Shown here: piece by piece, positions 20,518-30,390 of the stretch
How the letters are laid out: every line of letters begins with the position of its first letter
Position numbering within the stretch: the stretch's first letter is position 1
From: an uncultured Chloroflexia bacterium
GTDB lineage: Bacteria > Chloroflexota > Limnocylindria > Limnocylindrales > CSP1-4
Reading direction: 5' to 3'
NCBI GenBank assembly: GCA_963828165.1
Contig: CAWHDR010000001.1
Location: 1,312,001 to 1,376,000, forward strand
Length of the DNA: 64,000 nt
Position numbers and translations under genes: made by a program
Notes under the pieces: model-generated
What the model was told of the DNA's origin: nothing
Seen by the model: only the letters and a program-made list of their open reading frames with translations
Database searches by the model: none

Positions 20518-21306
20518 GTGACCCTGACGCTGGTACTCCCCGCATACAACGAAGCGGAACGGATCGGCCCCGCGCTCGACGAGCTCTTCGAGTTCCTCGG
20601 TACGAGGAACGCGGACCCGGAAGGGTCATCGAGTGCGACGGCGCTTCCGGGGGACATCGAGATCCTGGTCGTCGACGACGGCAGCACGGACGGGACCGTC
20701 GACCTCGTCGAAGCACGGCCGGAGGCGGCGGGCACCATCGACGGCATGCAGCTGCGCGTCCGTCGCGTTCCGCACGGCGGCAAGGGCGCCGCCGTTCGTG
20801 CCGGCATGCTCGCGGCGACCGGCGACTTCGTGATCTTCGCGGATGCTGATATGGCGACGCCGCCCGACCAGATACCGCATCTGCTGCGCGCCCTCCTCGA
20901 CCATGACGTCGCCCTTGGCTCGCGGATCCAACCAGACGGGTCGGACATGCGTGCGACGCAGCCGGGGTACCGCCGATGGCTCGGCAAGGTCTTCCACGTG
21001 CTGGCGTCGATCTGGGTGACCGGGCGGGTCAAGGACACGCAATGTGGGTTCAAGGGCTTCCGTCGCGAAGCGGCCCAGGACATCTTCGCGCGGCAGGTGG
21101 TCACGAGCATCGTGTTCGACGTGGAGCTCATCTACCTGGCTCGTCGTCGCGGGTATCGGATCGCCATCGTCCCGATCCGCTGGTTCGACAAGCGCGGGTC
21201 GCGGATGCGCGCCGGAGCCGGCCTGGCCATGCGGGTCGCGTGGGACCTGTTCCGCATCCCGCTCATCCATCGCCGGAGCCAGCGGGGCACCACGGAACCG
21301 GCGTGA
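20518..21306 (+). CDS. GT2 polyprenyl/dolichyl-phosphate glycosyltransferase (ALG5/DPG-synthase-like)
   Basis: LPAYNEAERI, VDDGSTD, GKGAAVRAGM, FADADMATP and DTQCGFKGF motifs. Confidence 0.9.
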   Translation: MTLTLVLPAYNEAERIGPALDELFEFLGTRNADPEGSSSATALPGDIEILVVDDGSTDGTVDLVEARPEAAGTIDGMQLRVRRVPHGGKGAAVRAGMLAATGDFVIFADADMATPPDQIPHLLRALLDHDVALGSRIQPDGSDMRATQPGYRRWLGKVFHVLASIWVTGRVKDTQCGFKGFRREAAQDIFARQVVTSIVFDVELIYLARRRGYRIAIVPIRWFDKRGSRMRAGAGLAMRVAWDLFRIPLIHRRSQRGTTEPA

Positions 21307-22418
21307 TGGACCGCGACTCCCTCACCTCGCTGGCGCGGGCCGCCCTGCCCATCGTCGCGGCGCTGTCGTTCGCCGGCGGGGTCGCTGCGACCCTGGCGGT
21401 CGCGGGCGACACGCTCGGCCATGACTTCCTCGCGTACCACCAGGCCATCGAGCGGGTCACCAACGGGGCGCCGCTCTACGACATGTCCTTCACCGTCGCC
21501 GGTGGCTTCGGCCTGTTCTTCTATCCTCCGCCGTTCGCCGTCATGGTGCTCCCACTCGCGTTGCTGTCGCCGCTGTCTGCGACGTGGGTCTGGATCACGC
21601 TGTCGCTGGCGGCGTTCCTCGTCGGCGTCGCGATCCTGCCGGTCTCGAGATCGGTGCGCTGGTGGATCGTGCTGCTCGCCGGGCTGTCGTTCCCCTTCGT
21701 CCATGCGGTGAAGCTCGGGCAGGTCGGGCCCATCCTCTTCCTCGCATTCGCGGTCGGCTGGCGCGGCATCGACGACCCCGTGCGCATGGGCGGCAGTGCG
21801 GCCGTCGGGGCCGCCATCAAGCTGCAACCGGGCCTCGTCCTGGTCTGGGCGCTCCTGACCCGGCGGTTTCGTGCGGTCGCCGTCGGGGTCGTGGTCCTCG
21901 TCGTGCTAGCGGCGGCGGCGACGATCCTGAGCGGGCCCGGCGCCTGGATCGACTTCGTGACGCTCCTCCGGGCCGTCAGCGACCCGATCGCGACCGAACG
22001 CAACGTGACACCCGGGGCGATCGCGTACCAGCTCGGAGCGTCCACCACCGTCGCATCCGGCGTGCAACTGCTCAGCACGGTCGGCGTGGCCGTCGCGTTC
22101 ATCGCCGCGATCCGGTGGGCGAGCGACGAGGCCTCGTACCTGGTCGCCGTGATCGCGAGCCAGCTGGTTTCTCCGATCCTCTGGGACCACTACGCCATGC
22201 TCCTGCTGCTGCCGGTGGCGTACATCGCATCGGCGGGTCGCTGGTGGGCGCTTGCGATCCCGCTCGTGACGGCCTGGCCCCTACTCGGGCTCAGTCCTGC
22301 GGCCATCTACCCGATCGTCTTCTGGGTCACCCTCATCACGACCCTCTTGGTCGGGCGAGCCGCCCGGACGTCCACGGAAGGCGCGTCGAAGGTCGCCGGC
22401 GGTACCGCGGCCGCATGA
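21306..22418 (+). CDS. GT87/DUF2029 glycosyltransferase
   Basis: GHDFLAYH, FFYPPPFA, LGQ, AAIKLQP and SPILWDHY motifs. Confidence 0.85.
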   Translation: MDRDSLTSLARAALPIVAALSFAGGVAATLAVAGDTLGHDFLAYHQAIERVTNGAPLYDMSFTVAGGFGLFFYPPPFAVMVLPLALLSPLSATWVWITLSLAAFLVGVAILPVSRSVRWWIVLLAGLSFPFVHAVKLGQVGPILFLAFAVGWRGIDDPVRMGGSAAVGAAIKLQPGLVLVWALLTRRFRAVAVGVVVLVVLAAAATILSGPGAWIDFVTLLRAVSDPIATERNVTPGAIAYQLGASTTVASGVQLLSTVGVAVAFIAAIRWASDEASYLVAVIASQLVSPILWDHYAMLLLLPVAYIASAGRWWALAIPLVTAWPLLGLSPAAIYPIVFWVTLITTLLVGRAARTSTEGASKVAGGTAAA

Positions 22419-23638
22419 GTCGTAGCCTTCCTATTTCGCTCCCGATCGGCCTCGCCATCATCGCGGCTGCGGCGTTGATCTATTGGTTGGCGAACCGTCA
22501 GTTCGACGCCGGACGCGGCGACTTCTTCTACCTTGCGGATGCGTTCCTGCACGGCCGAGTCGGGATCGATATCCGACTCGGGCCGAACGACGTGATCCCG
22601 GTCGGTGATGCCTTCTACGTACCGTTCGCGCCGTTCCCCGCTGTGGCGCTCATGCCCGTCGTCGCCCTCCTCGGGCCGGTCACCGCGGACCAGGTGGAGT
22701 CGGGCATCAACGCGCTCCTCGCCGCGTCCGGCGTCGGCATGTGCTGGTGGCTCCTGGGCCGGATCGGCGTGGCTCGACTCGCGGATCGGTTCTGGTTGAC
22801 CGTCCTGTTCGGATTCTCGACGCAGATCCTGTGGGTGACGACCAGGGGCGGCGTATGGCACACCGGTCACCTGATCGCCACGATCCTGACCTTTGCCTGT
22901 CTCATCGAGTTGTTCGGCCGGCAGCGTGCGTTCCTGGTCGGGCTCCTTGCCGGGGCGGCCTTCCTGACTCGAGCGCCGCTCGCGTTCGCCGTTCCGTTCT
23001 ACGCGCTGCTGCTCGAGCCAAGAGCCGCGAACCAGGCTGCCTCAGTCGCCGGTGGCTACGTCGCGCGGACCGCCGGCATGCTCCCATGGCGGGCGTGGAC
23101 GATGCTGGCGCTCGGATTCGCACCCGCGATCGTCGCCTTCCTCTTCTACAACCAGGTCCGCTTCGGGACACCGTTCGAGAGTGGCTACGCGCTAGCGACG
23201 CTGCCCCCGTTCCTCGAGGAGCAGCGAGCCAAGGGGCTGTTCTCGCTCGCACACGTGCCCATGAATTTCGATTACTTCCTGCTCCATCTGCCCCACCCGA
23301 TCGCGACGCCGCCGTTCTTCCAGCCGGACGGTCTGGGGATGTCCGTCCTCCTCACCAGTCCAGGGCTGCTGTTCGCCACGCTGGCGGACTGGCGCCGGCC
23401 ACGGGCGTGGTGGCTGCTGGGTGCCGCCGTGACCGTGCTGATCCCGACGCTCCTGTACTACGGCGGCGGCTGGCTTCAGTACGGCTACCGGTATTTCCTC
23501 GACTCCGTGCCGTTCGTGATCGCCCTGTGCGGTCTGGCGGCCGTTCACCGCGGCCGCGTCGCGCCCCTCTGGCTCGCGCTGATCGTCGTCGGCGTGGTGG
23601 TCATGACCATCGGCGTCTATTGGGCGTACAACCTGTGA
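22415..23638 (+). CDS. Multi-pass membrane protein, probable GT-C glycosyltransferase
   Basis: FFYLADAFLHG, AFLTR, YNQVRFGTPFESGY and QYGYRYFLD motifs; translationally coupled. Confidence 0.65.
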   Translation: MSRSLPISLPIGLAIIAAAALIYWLANRQFDAGRGDFFYLADAFLHGRVGIDIRLGPNDVIPVGDAFYVPFAPFPAVALMPVVALLGPVTADQVESGINALLAASGVGMCWWLLGRIGVARLADRFWLTVLFGFSTQILWVTTRGGVWHTGHLIATILTFACLIELFGRQRAFLVGLLAGAAFLTRAPLAFAVPFYALLLEPRAANQAASVAGGYVARTAGMLPWRAWTMLALGFAPAIVAFLFYNQVRFGTPFESGYALATLPPFLEEQRAKGLFSLAHVPMNFDYFLLHLPHPIATPPFFQPDGLGMSVLLTSPGLLFATLADWRRPRAWWLLGAAVTVLIPTLLYYGGGWLQYGYRYFLDSVPFVIALCGLAAVHRGRVAPLWLALIVVGVVVMTIGVYWAYNL

Positions 23639-24711
23639 TGCACGGCGAGTCTCCGGCCGACCTCGTCGCATCCGACGAGACGGTGGACGACATGGGTCCG
23701 AGCCGAATGCAACGCATCGCGGCGGCGGCCGATCGGCTCGGCTGGATCGCGCTCGTCCTGGCGGTCCTGATGTGTGCGTTCGTCGCGATCGGGACGATCG
23801 TCATCTTCGCCCCGGCCGGGAAGGCGTTCGCCGACTGGCTGACGTACGCGCACGCCGTGGAGCGGGTCCTCGCCGGAGATCCCATCTACCCACCGGAGCA
23901 GCTCACCGGCCCGTACGTCCTGGTCAACGCGACGCTGTTCGGGTACGCCTACCCGCCGTCGTCGGTGCCGCTGTTCATCCCGTTCGCGTCCTACCCGATC
24001 GGTCTGGTGGCGTGGCTCACCCTCAACGTCGGAGCCTTGGTCACCGGCCTCTACGCCGTCCTCCGGCACGAGCTCGGCCGCGTGCGTCCGCTGGAGTTTG
24101 CGGTCGTGCTCTTCGGACTCGCCTTCCTTCGTGGCTTCGCCGAGGGCGTCGCTTTCGGCAACGCGAGCGTCGGGGTCGCCGGTCTGCTCGCGTGGTGCTG
24201 GGTCATCGGGCGCGGGCGCCCTCAGGTCGGTTTGCTGGCCGGTCTCGGGGCGACGATCAAGCTCGTTCCGGGCGCGGCCGTGTTCTGGGCGACGCGCCAA
24301 ACATTCCCCCGCGTCGTGCTCGCCGCGCTGGCCGTGGGTGGTGCGCTTTTCGTCCTCACGTTGCCGCTGGTTGGCATCCAGTCGTGGTTCGACTACGCCA
24401 GGGCTCTGTCGTTCTCGATCCCGGCGTGCGGCGCGGAGCCGCCCACATCCGTCGCCTGCAACCTCCAGCCGTTCGTCGGGCCCGGTACGGCGAAGCTGGC
24501 CGGGATCGCGCTCGCGCTCGTGGCTGGCGGGTTGGCAGTGCTCGTCCGCCGGCCACTCCTGTCCTTCGCCCTGGTCGTCATCGCGTGGCTTTCACCGGTG
24601 ACCGATCTCCACTTCCATTACCTGCTTGTGGTCTACGTCCTTGTGGTCGTGACCTGTGCGACGTGGCTCGGCAAGAGACGCCAACTGGTACCAACGACGC
24701 CGCCGGCCTGA
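23638..24711 (+). CDS. GT87/DUF2029 glycosyltransferase
   Basis: ADWLTY, YAYPPS, FGN, ATIKLVP and HFHY motifs. Confidence 0.8.
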   Translation: MHGESPADLVASDETVDDMGPSRMQRIAAAADRLGWIALVLAVLMCAFVAIGTIVIFAPAGKAFADWLTYAHAVERVLAGDPIYPPEQLTGPYVLVNATLFGYAYPPSSVPLFIPFASYPIGLVAWLTLNVGALVTGLYAVLRHELGRVRPLEFAVVLFGLAFLRGFAEGVAFGNASVGVAGLLAWCWVIGRGRPQVGLLAGLGATIKLVPGAAVFWATRQTFPRVVLAALAVGGALFVLTLPLVGIQSWFDYARALSFSIPACGAEPPTSVACNLQPFVGPGTAKLAGIALALVAGGLAVLVRRPLLSFALVVIAWLSPVTDLHFHYLLVVYVLVVVTCATWLGKRRQLVPTTPPA

Positions 24712-24757
24712 CCGGGTGGCGCATCACGTGACCGCCCCGGCATGGCAAACTCCGCCG

Positions 24758-27022
24758 ATGCCTCACCAACGCGCCGTTGTGCTTGCCATCTTCATCCTGT
24801 CCGGCGCAGCCGGGCTCATCTACGAGATCGTATGGTCGCGCCAGCTCGTCCTCGTGTTCGGGAATACGACCCAGGCCGTGTCGGCCATCCTCACCGGGTT
24901 CTTCGGAGGGATGGCGATCGGCGCCACCCTCGGCGGGCGGATCGCCGACCGGGTTCGCTCGCCGCTGCGCATGTACGGCCTGCTGGAGATAGCTCTCGTC
25001 GTGGTGGTGCTCGTGACGCCAGTGACGTTCGGGCTCATCAACGACGTCTACCGCGGCATCTATCCGGCGATCCAGGGCACCCCCATGCTCGCAATCGCCC
25101 GCCTCGTCCTCGCGGTCCTCGCCCTGGCGCCGGCGACCATCATGATGGGCGCCACGTTCCCTGCCCTCGTCCGGCATTTCACTCGCACGGCGGTGCTCGG
25201 CCAGGCGTTCGGCCGACTCTATTCAGCAAACACGATGGGCGCGGTCGTCGGCACCCTGCTCGCGGGACTCGTCCTCATCGAGCTGCTCGGGCTGAGCGGT
25301 GCCCTCCGGGTGGGGGCGTTGTGCTCCGGGATCGCCGGTCTCGTCGCGCTCTGGCTGGCCCGGGGCGACAGCGGCGTCGTCGCGGTCGCCGAAGAGCCAG
25401 GACCCGCCCGCCCGACCGCAACCGGCGCGACAGCCCCCGGCCTGAGCGCCGCGGGCAAGATCATCTGGCTGCCCTTGGTCATCGCCTTCGTGTCCGGCCT
25501 GACGTCACTTGGCTACCAGGTGGCGTGGACCCGACTGCTCACGTCGGGAACGGGCGGCCTGACCTACGTCTTCACGGTCATCCTGGCGTTGTTCCTCATC
25601 GGCATCGCGCTCGGCGCGACTACGTTCAATGCGTTCCGCCCACGGATCAAGGACCCCGTCCGTGTCCTCGCCTTCTCGCAGATCGCCGTGGCGATCCTCA
25701 GCGTGGCCGGGTTGATCCTGATCATCTCGCAGCCACGATCCCTGGACGCCAGCAACCCGATGGGATCGATGGGGGTCCTGATGGGTGCGGCGATCCTGAC
25801 CGTCCTGCCCGTCACGGTGGTGATGGGATTTGCCTTTCCGACGGCCTCGGAACTGCTGCGGGACGAACGAGGCTCGGGCGGGTCCGAGTCGGGCCTGCTC
25901 CTCGGGGTGAATACGACGGGCGCCATCATCGGCAGCCTCGTCATCCCCTTCGTGCTCATGCCGACGATCGGGTCGCCCTTGATCATCGTCGTGCTGGCCT
26001 TGATCAACATCGCGCTCGGCGTCGGCCTAGCGCTGTGGGCCCGACCGCGCCGAGCCGTGCTCGCCGGCGGCGGGGCGATCATCGGGGTGCTCATCCTGGT
26101 CCTGGCGACCATCCCAGGCGTCGTCGTCCAACCGAACGTCGCCCGCATCCTCGACCGGGGCGCCGCCCTGTTCGAGTCACGGGAGGACGAGATCGCCTCG
26201 GTCCAGGCCGGCCAGGTGGGCCAGACGCCGGAGCTGTGGGTCGGAGGCACGTCGATGACGCTGCTCACCGTCGACGCGAAGCTCATGCCGATCCTGCCGT
26301 TGATCGCCCGGCCCGAATCGGAGCGCGCGCTCGTCGTGGCCTTCGGGATGGGGACCGCCCACCGGACCGCGCTGATCGCGGGTCTGCGAACGGACACCGT
26401 CGAGCTCGTCCCGTCGGTCCCGGCGATGTATGGCTGGTATTACTCGGACGCGAACGAGGTGCTGGCCGACCCGAACGGGCGGGTCATCGTCGCCGACGGC
26501 CGGAACCATCTCGAGCTGGTCGCGGACGCCTTCGACATCATCGTCACGGACCCGCCGCCGCCGATCCAGAGCTCCGGCGTGTCGGTCATCTCATCGCTCG
26601 AGTACTACGAGGCCGGTCGGGATCACCTCACCGACGGTGGCGTGATGATGCAGTGGACGCCGTACGGCACGTCCGAGGCCGACCTGAAGGAGCACATCCG
26701 GACGTTCGCGACGGTCTTCCCGCATGTGACCGTCGTGCACGGATTTGCCGGATACGGCTTCTACATGCTCGGCTCCACCGAGCCGATCACCCTGGATCCG
26801 GCTGCCGGCAGGTCCGTCCTCGAGCGACCCGGCGTGCTCGAGGACATCTCGAGCGCGTTCGATTCGCCCGAGTCGACGGTCGATGGCTGGCTGGCGCTCA
26901 TCGACGAGCGGACATGGCTCGTCGACGACGAGGTTCGCGCGCATGCCGGGACCGGGCCACTCATCACGGACGACGAGCCGCGACCCGAGTACTTCCTCCT
27001 CCGTGAGCTGGGGATCGACTAG
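24758..27022 (+). CDS. Fused membrane (MFS-like)/spermidine-synthase-like SAM-binding protein
   Basis: SGAAGLIYEIVWSR, LYSANTMG, VELVP, DGRNHL and FDIIVTDPPPP motifs. Confidence 0.85.
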   Translation: MPHQRAVVLAIFILSGAAGLIYEIVWSRQLVLVFGNTTQAVSAILTGFFGGMAIGATLGGRIADRVRSPLRMYGLLEIALVVVVLVTPVTFGLINDVYRGIYPAIQGTPMLAIARLVLAVLALAPATIMMGATFPALVRHFTRTAVLGQAFGRLYSANTMGAVVGTLLAGLVLIELLGLSGALRVGALCSGIAGLVALWLARGDSGVVAVAEEPGPARPTATGATAPGLSAAGKIIWLPLVIAFVSGLTSLGYQVAWTRLLTSGTGGLTYVFTVILALFLIGIALGATTFNAFRPRIKDPVRVLAFSQIAVAILSVAGLILIISQPRSLDASNPMGSMGVLMGAAILTVLPVTVVMGFAFPTASELLRDERGSGGSESGLLLGVNTTGAIIGSLVIPFVLMPTIGSPLIIVVLALINIALGVGLALWARPRRAVLAGGGAIIGVLILVLATIPGVVVQPNVARILDRGAALFESREDEIASVQAGQVGQTPELWVGGTSMTLLTVDAKLMPILPLIARPESERALVVAFGMGTAHRTALIAGLRTDTVELVPSVPAMYGWYYSDANEVLADPNGRVIVADGRNHLELVADAFDIIVTDPPPPIQSSGVSVISSLEYYEAGRDHLTDGGVMMQWTPYGTSEADLKEHIRTFATVFPHVTVVHGFAGYGFYMLGSTEPITLDPAAGRSVLERPGVLEDISSAFDSPESTVDGWLALIDERTWLVDDEVRAHAGTGPLITDDEPRPEYFLLRELGID

Positions 27023-27966
27023 CCTCGCAGCCGAGCCTCGCGCCAACGTCGGCCGACCTCGAATCTGCTGAGATCCAGCGACGGCGGTCGCTCGACCAGC
27101 CGCGTGGCGGCCACCCAGAACACCAGAAAGCCGAGGCCGTAGAGGGCCGGCAAGGACCAGCCGCACGCGACAGGGACCGTCCACGGTCGATTCGTCCGCG
27201 CGCCCCACACGACCAGTGGCGCGGCGGTCGCGAGTCGGATGCCGAACGGGACGAAGAACGCCTCCAGCGGTGGATCGCTCATCGTGCCGTTGCGCCCCAC
27301 GAAGTCGATGAATTCGTACCACAGCGCCGGGCTCAGGGCGAACGAGATCGCGAGGATCGCGGTGCTCGCTGCTGCCCCGATCGCCGCGGCGCGCCATTCG
27401 CCGCGCAGCGGGTGCCACCACCAGCCGATCGCGGAGGTGACCTTCGTGACCAACTGGATCGACCACACCGAAGGGTGCCGGAGGGCGACGATGGTCAATG
27501 CGGCGAGGATCCACTGGAGGTTGCCCATCAGCGCGTAGCCGAGGAAGGTCGCCGCGACCTGTGGGCCGATCTTGAAGAGCAGGAACGGGAGCCCGAGAGC
27601 GAGCAGCACCCACGACCAGCGCCCCGCGCAGTACCACATGGACGCAAAGATGGCAGTCGTCAGGATCGTCACGAACACAGGCCAGCCGATGGGCTGCAGG
27701 AACGTCATGACCTGTGCGACCGGCGGTGGGTAGAAGAGGTAGCCGGTCGCCACCTCGGACCAATGCTCCGGATAGAGGTTCTGGGACTGACCGGCCTCCC
27801 AGTAGGCGACGGCGTCGATCGGCAGCGCCAGAACGCCCGTTGCCTGGGCCAGACCGCAGAGGACCCCGAGGATGAGCATCGCGTCGCGGTGGATGCTCGG
27901 CGTCCACCCACTGACGCGAATCAGGGTTCTTTCACGGCCATAGGAAGCCAAGCGCTCGATCCTCAT
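27019..27966 (-). CDS. GT87-like membrane glycosyltransferase
   Basis: PIDAVAYW, YLFYPPPVAQ, GNLQ and TKVT motifs. Confidence 0.7.
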   Translation of the reverse strand: MRIERLASYGRERTLIRVSGWTPSIHRDAMLILGVLCGLAQATGVLALPIDAVAYWEAGQSQNLYPEHWSEVATGYLFYPPPVAQVMTFLQPIGWPVFVTILTTAIFASMWYCAGRWSWVLLALGLPFLLFKIGPQVAATFLGYALMGNLQWILAALTIVALRHPSVWSIQLVTKVTSAIGWWWHPLRGEWRAAAIGAAASTAILAISFALSPALWYEFIDFVGRNGTMSDPPLEAFFVPFGIRLATAAPLVVWGARTNRPWTVPVACGWSLPALYGLGFLVFWVAATRLVERPPSLDLSRFEVGRRWREARLRG

Positions 27967-28077
27967 CCTTGCAGGGACTGGTCAACCCGTCATCATCAAA
28001 CTCCGTGGTGTGTCGATGCGCAAGAGGGTACTTATGACCCCTTCTTCTCACTTGACCGCAGCAGGGATACCGCGAGG

Positions 28078-30375
28078 ATGACCTCCGTCGACCCCTCCGG
28101 AGGACCCGTGACCGCCCGCTCCTTGACGCTCGCCCGCCCGCTGCTGGGGGCGACCCTCCCGTTCGCGCTGCCCATCGGCCTGTCGGCGTTCCTCCTCTTC
28201 AGCGTGCAGCCCCTCGTGGGCCGGCTCGTACTGCCGGTGTTCGGTGGCACGCCGGCGGTCTGGGCGACCGTCCTGTTCTTCTTCCAGGGCGTTCTCCTCG
28301 TCGGATACCTGTACGGGCACCTGTCGGTGACGCGCCTCGGGTCCTGGGGGCCACCGCTGCACCTCGTCCTGGCGACGCTGGCGGTCATCGCGTTGGTCTT
28401 CGCCCCGGCCAACCTGGGCTCGGTGCGGATCGAAACGGTCCCGCCCGTCCTCGATCTCATCCGGATCCTGCTCGTGCTCATCGGCCTGCCTGCACTCGTC
28501 CTGACGACGACTACCCCGCTGGTGAGTGGCTGGTTCGAGGCAGCTCGGGAGCGCGAGACCGTCGGCGACCCGTACTGGCTTTACGCCTTGAGCAACGGCG
28601 GGTCGCTCCTGGCCCTGATCGCCTACCCGCTGCTGATCGAGCCGCGTCTCGGGCTCGGGGCACAGCGTGGGGTGTGGGCGGTCGCCTACGCCGTGCTCGT
28701 CGTGCTGCTGGCGGTCGCTGCTTCGCGCGCCATTCCCGCGATACGCGCTCGCGTCGCGACCGCGACGACCGAGGCCGCCCTGGCAAGATCATCGGCGGCG
28801 GTCGCGGCGCCCGCCATCACGTGGAGCCGCCGAGGGCGCTGGCTCCTGCTCGCCGCGGTCCCGTCGGGCCTGCTGTCCGCCGTGACCATGTTCATCTCGA
28901 CCGACCTCGTGTCCGCGCCGCTCCTGTGGGTCGCGCCGCTGTCGATCTACCTCGTGACCTTCATCGTCGCATTCTCGCCTCGTGGCCAGCGCTGGATCGG
29001 ACGCGCGGTGCTGGCGGCACCCGCGATGATCACGCTGCTGTGGGTCCCGTACGGCTCGGCCGGTGGGTGGCCGGTCCTGGCGGTGCTCGCTATGGAGCTG
29101 ATCGCATTCGGGATCGTGGCGACGGCCCTCCACGGACGGCTGGCCCGGGATCGGCCGGACCCGTCGCGCTTGACCGAGTTCTATCTGATCCTGTCGCTCG
29201 GTGGCGCGCTCGCGAGCGCTTTCGTCGCCCTTGTCGCGCCGACCGTCTTCCCGGGTGTGTGGGAGCTGCCGATCCTGCTCGTCGGGGCCCTGGTCGGGCT
29301 CGCGCTCGTCGCCCCCAAGGTCCCGCCCCGGGCCCACAGCGGCCGTGGCCTCGACTTCAGCCCGTTCATCGGCGGCGCCCGCGAGCGTCTCCTGCCCTAC
29401 GGCGTCGCCGCCGCGCTGCTGGTGGTCGCGTTGCTCTTCACCGGCGCCCTCGCAACGGAGGCCGGCATCCGCTGGCTCCTCGTCGGCGGCCTCGTCCTGC
29501 TCGTCGGGGCACGCCCGTGGTTCCTCGCACTGGCGACAGCCTACGTGCTGGCGCTGGCGACGTTCGTCCTCCAGCCGCCGGCGGAGTTCCGTGACCGCAG
29601 CTTCTTCGGCGTCACCGAGGTCCTTGAGTCGCCGAACGGCCAGCTGACGCTGCTGATGAACGGCACCACCGTGCACGGATCGCAATCGAACGATCCGGCC
29701 AAGCGTCGGTCGCCCCAGAGTTATTACGTGCGCGGCGGCCCTGTCGGTGACCTCTTCGCGATCAACGCCAAGGTCCCGGGCGCCGGGACCGTCGGCGTCG
29801 CCGGTCTGGGTGGTGGCGCCCTGGCGACATACGCAGATCAGGCCGCGTCGATGACCTTCTTCGAGATCGACCCGGTCGTCATCGAGGTCGCGTCCGATCC
29901 TCGCTTCTTCACGTACCTCGCCGACGCACCCACCCGACCGACCATCATCGAGGGCGATGCCCGACTCTCCTTCGAGGACGAGCCGGACGGCCGCTACGAC
30001 CTCCTGATCATGGATGCGTTCTCATCGGACTCGGTCCCGGTCCACCTCCTGACGGTCGAGGCGATCATCGACGAGATCCGGATCACCAAGCCCGACGGCA
30101 CACTCGTGTTCCACATCTCCAATCGGTACTACAACTTGGCGCCGGCCATCGCCGCCGCCGTCTCGGCGCAGGGCCTGACGACGCTCGAGAAGGTCCACGT
30201 CATGGGCGCGGTCAGGGAGCCAGGCGAGACGCCGTCGCGTTGGCTCGCGGCGTCAAAGGACGCAGGCACGATCGAAGAGCTTCGCGCGGCGGGCTGGACC
30301 CCGGTCACCCCGTCGGACCGCCCATTCACGGACGACTACGCCGACCTGCTTCGCTACATCTACCTCGGCCTGTAG
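28078..30375 (+). CDS. Fused membrane/spermidine-synthase-like SAM-binding protein
   Basis: SAFLLFSVQP, FGGTPAVW, GTTVHG, GLGGG, FFEIDP, GDAR, DAFSSDSVPVHL and TDD motifs. Confidence 0.85.
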   Translation: MTSVDPSGGPVTARSLTLARPLLGATLPFALPIGLSAFLLFSVQPLVGRLVLPVFGGTPAVWATVLFFFQGVLLVGYLYGHLSVTRLGSWGPPLHLVLATLAVIALVFAPANLGSVRIETVPPVLDLIRILLVLIGLPALVLTTTTPLVSGWFEAARERETVGDPYWLYALSNGGSLLALIAYPLLIEPRLGLGAQRGVWAVAYAVLVVLLAVAASRAIPAIRARVATATTEAALARSSAAVAAPAITWSRRGRWLLLAAVPSGLLSAVTMFISTDLVSAPLLWVAPLSIYLVTFIVAFSPRGQRWIGRAVLAAPAMITLLWVPYGSAGGWPVLAVLAMELIAFGIVATALHGRLARDRPDPSRLTEFYLILSLGGALASAFVALVAPTVFPGVWELPILLVGALVGLALVAPKVPPRAHSGRGLDFSPFIGGARERLLPYGVAAALLVVALLFTGALATEAGIRWLLVGGLVLLVGARPWFLALATAYVLALATFVLQPPAEFRDRSFFGVTEVLESPNGQLTLLMNGTTVHGSQSNDPAKRRSPQSYYVRGGPVGDLFAINAKVPGAGTVGVAGLGGGALATYADQAASMTFFEIDPVVIEVASDPRFFTYLADAPTRPTIIEGDARLSFEDEPDGRYDLLIMDAFSSDSVPVHLLTVEAIIDEIRITKPDGTLVFHISNRYYNLAPAIAAAVSAQGLTTLEKVHVMGAVREPGETPSRWLAASKDAGTIEELRAAGWTPVTPSDRPFTDDYADLLRYIYLGL

Positions 30376-30390
30376 CGGCGCGCAGGCCTG

